In this document: positions 63,705 through 64,000 of the stretch, piece after piece
Layout of the letters: every line of letters starts with the position of its first letter
How positions within the stretch are numbered: the stretch's first letter is position 1
Source: Takakia lepidozioides
Taxonomy: Eukaryota > Plantae > Bryophyta
Direction: 5' to 3'
NCBI GenBank assembly: GCA_030704615.1
Contig: CM060733.1
Coordinates: 22,878,001-22,942,000 of the forward strand
Length of the DNA stretch: 64,000 bases
Notes under the pieces: model-generated
What the model saw: only the letters and a program-made list of their open reading frames with translations
What the model was told of the DNA's origin: nothing
Databases searched by the model: none
Made by a program: the position numbers and the translations under genes

Positions 63705-63927
63705 CAACGCATGTTAGTGCTGACGTGGCTGATGACGGCGCAGTGCCACGTCATCATGTGCCGCCACATCATCCTGCTGACATGACGCTCACGCCACGTC
63801 AGCGTGGGTGCAGGCTCACGCCACGTCAGCTGGCGTGAGCGTACGCTCGCGCGCTCACGCCATTGCGTCGTTGTACTCTTTGATGCTACTACTAGGTTTA
63901 ATATTTAGCACGTAAGTTAGCAGTTAC
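63705..63927 (+). repeat. Internal piece of the same copia LTR, plus orientation
   Basis: 63887-63927 (ctactaggtttaatattta.cacgtaagttagcagttac) matches 52240-52280. It is preceded by GC-rich CCACGTCA and GCGTGAGCG..CGCTCACGC motifs also seen at 60142-60240. Confidence 0.7.
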
Positions 63928-64000
63928 TGTTGGAATTCGACAGAGAATAGAGATAAAAGATGAACTAATTACTGAGAACTCTCCACCCAACCATAGGACC
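63928..64000. mobile_element. Probable start of another LTR element nested in the copia LTR (runs off the window)
   Basis: Similarity to the copia LTR stops abruptly and the new sequence begins TGTTGG. Confidence 0.45.

Overview
Eukaryotic nuclear DNA, most likely from a non-seed land plant. This is inferred from the spliceosomal introns, plant-type genes, a PLS-DYW PPR gene and RTE-X-like LINEs; the species cannot be named from sequence. The left ~28 kb is genic. It holds a 10-exon OTU deubiquitinase (+), tRNA-Ala(AGC) (-), an orphan 3' fragment of a receptor-like kinase (-), a 2-exon PIG-Y gene (+) and an 11-exon TM-SMP-C2 (NTMC2T6/At1g53590-like) gene (-). LINE/SINE pieces sit in the introns and a pogo-like remnant lies between genes. 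The right ~35 kb is mostly decayed transposable elements. It contains two copies of an Athila/Tat-like Ty3/gypsy element whose integrase appears to run in frame into a ~1,500-aa unknown extension, and a scrambled PPR-DYW pseudogene split by a solo LTR that carries an F-box-like mini-ORF. It also has a 500-N gap and a Ty1/copia element whose 3' half is inverted. Between the copia halves is the most unusual feature: a divergent pair made of a SWIM zinc-finger gene and an intron-containing ParB/Srx-like (VWDGNHR) gene. The introns of that ParB-like gene carry about 17 copies of a 26-bp palindrome, partly as an 85-bp tandem array and partly with unique spacers. All gene models were built by eye from GT-AG sites and recalled family motifs; no searches were run.
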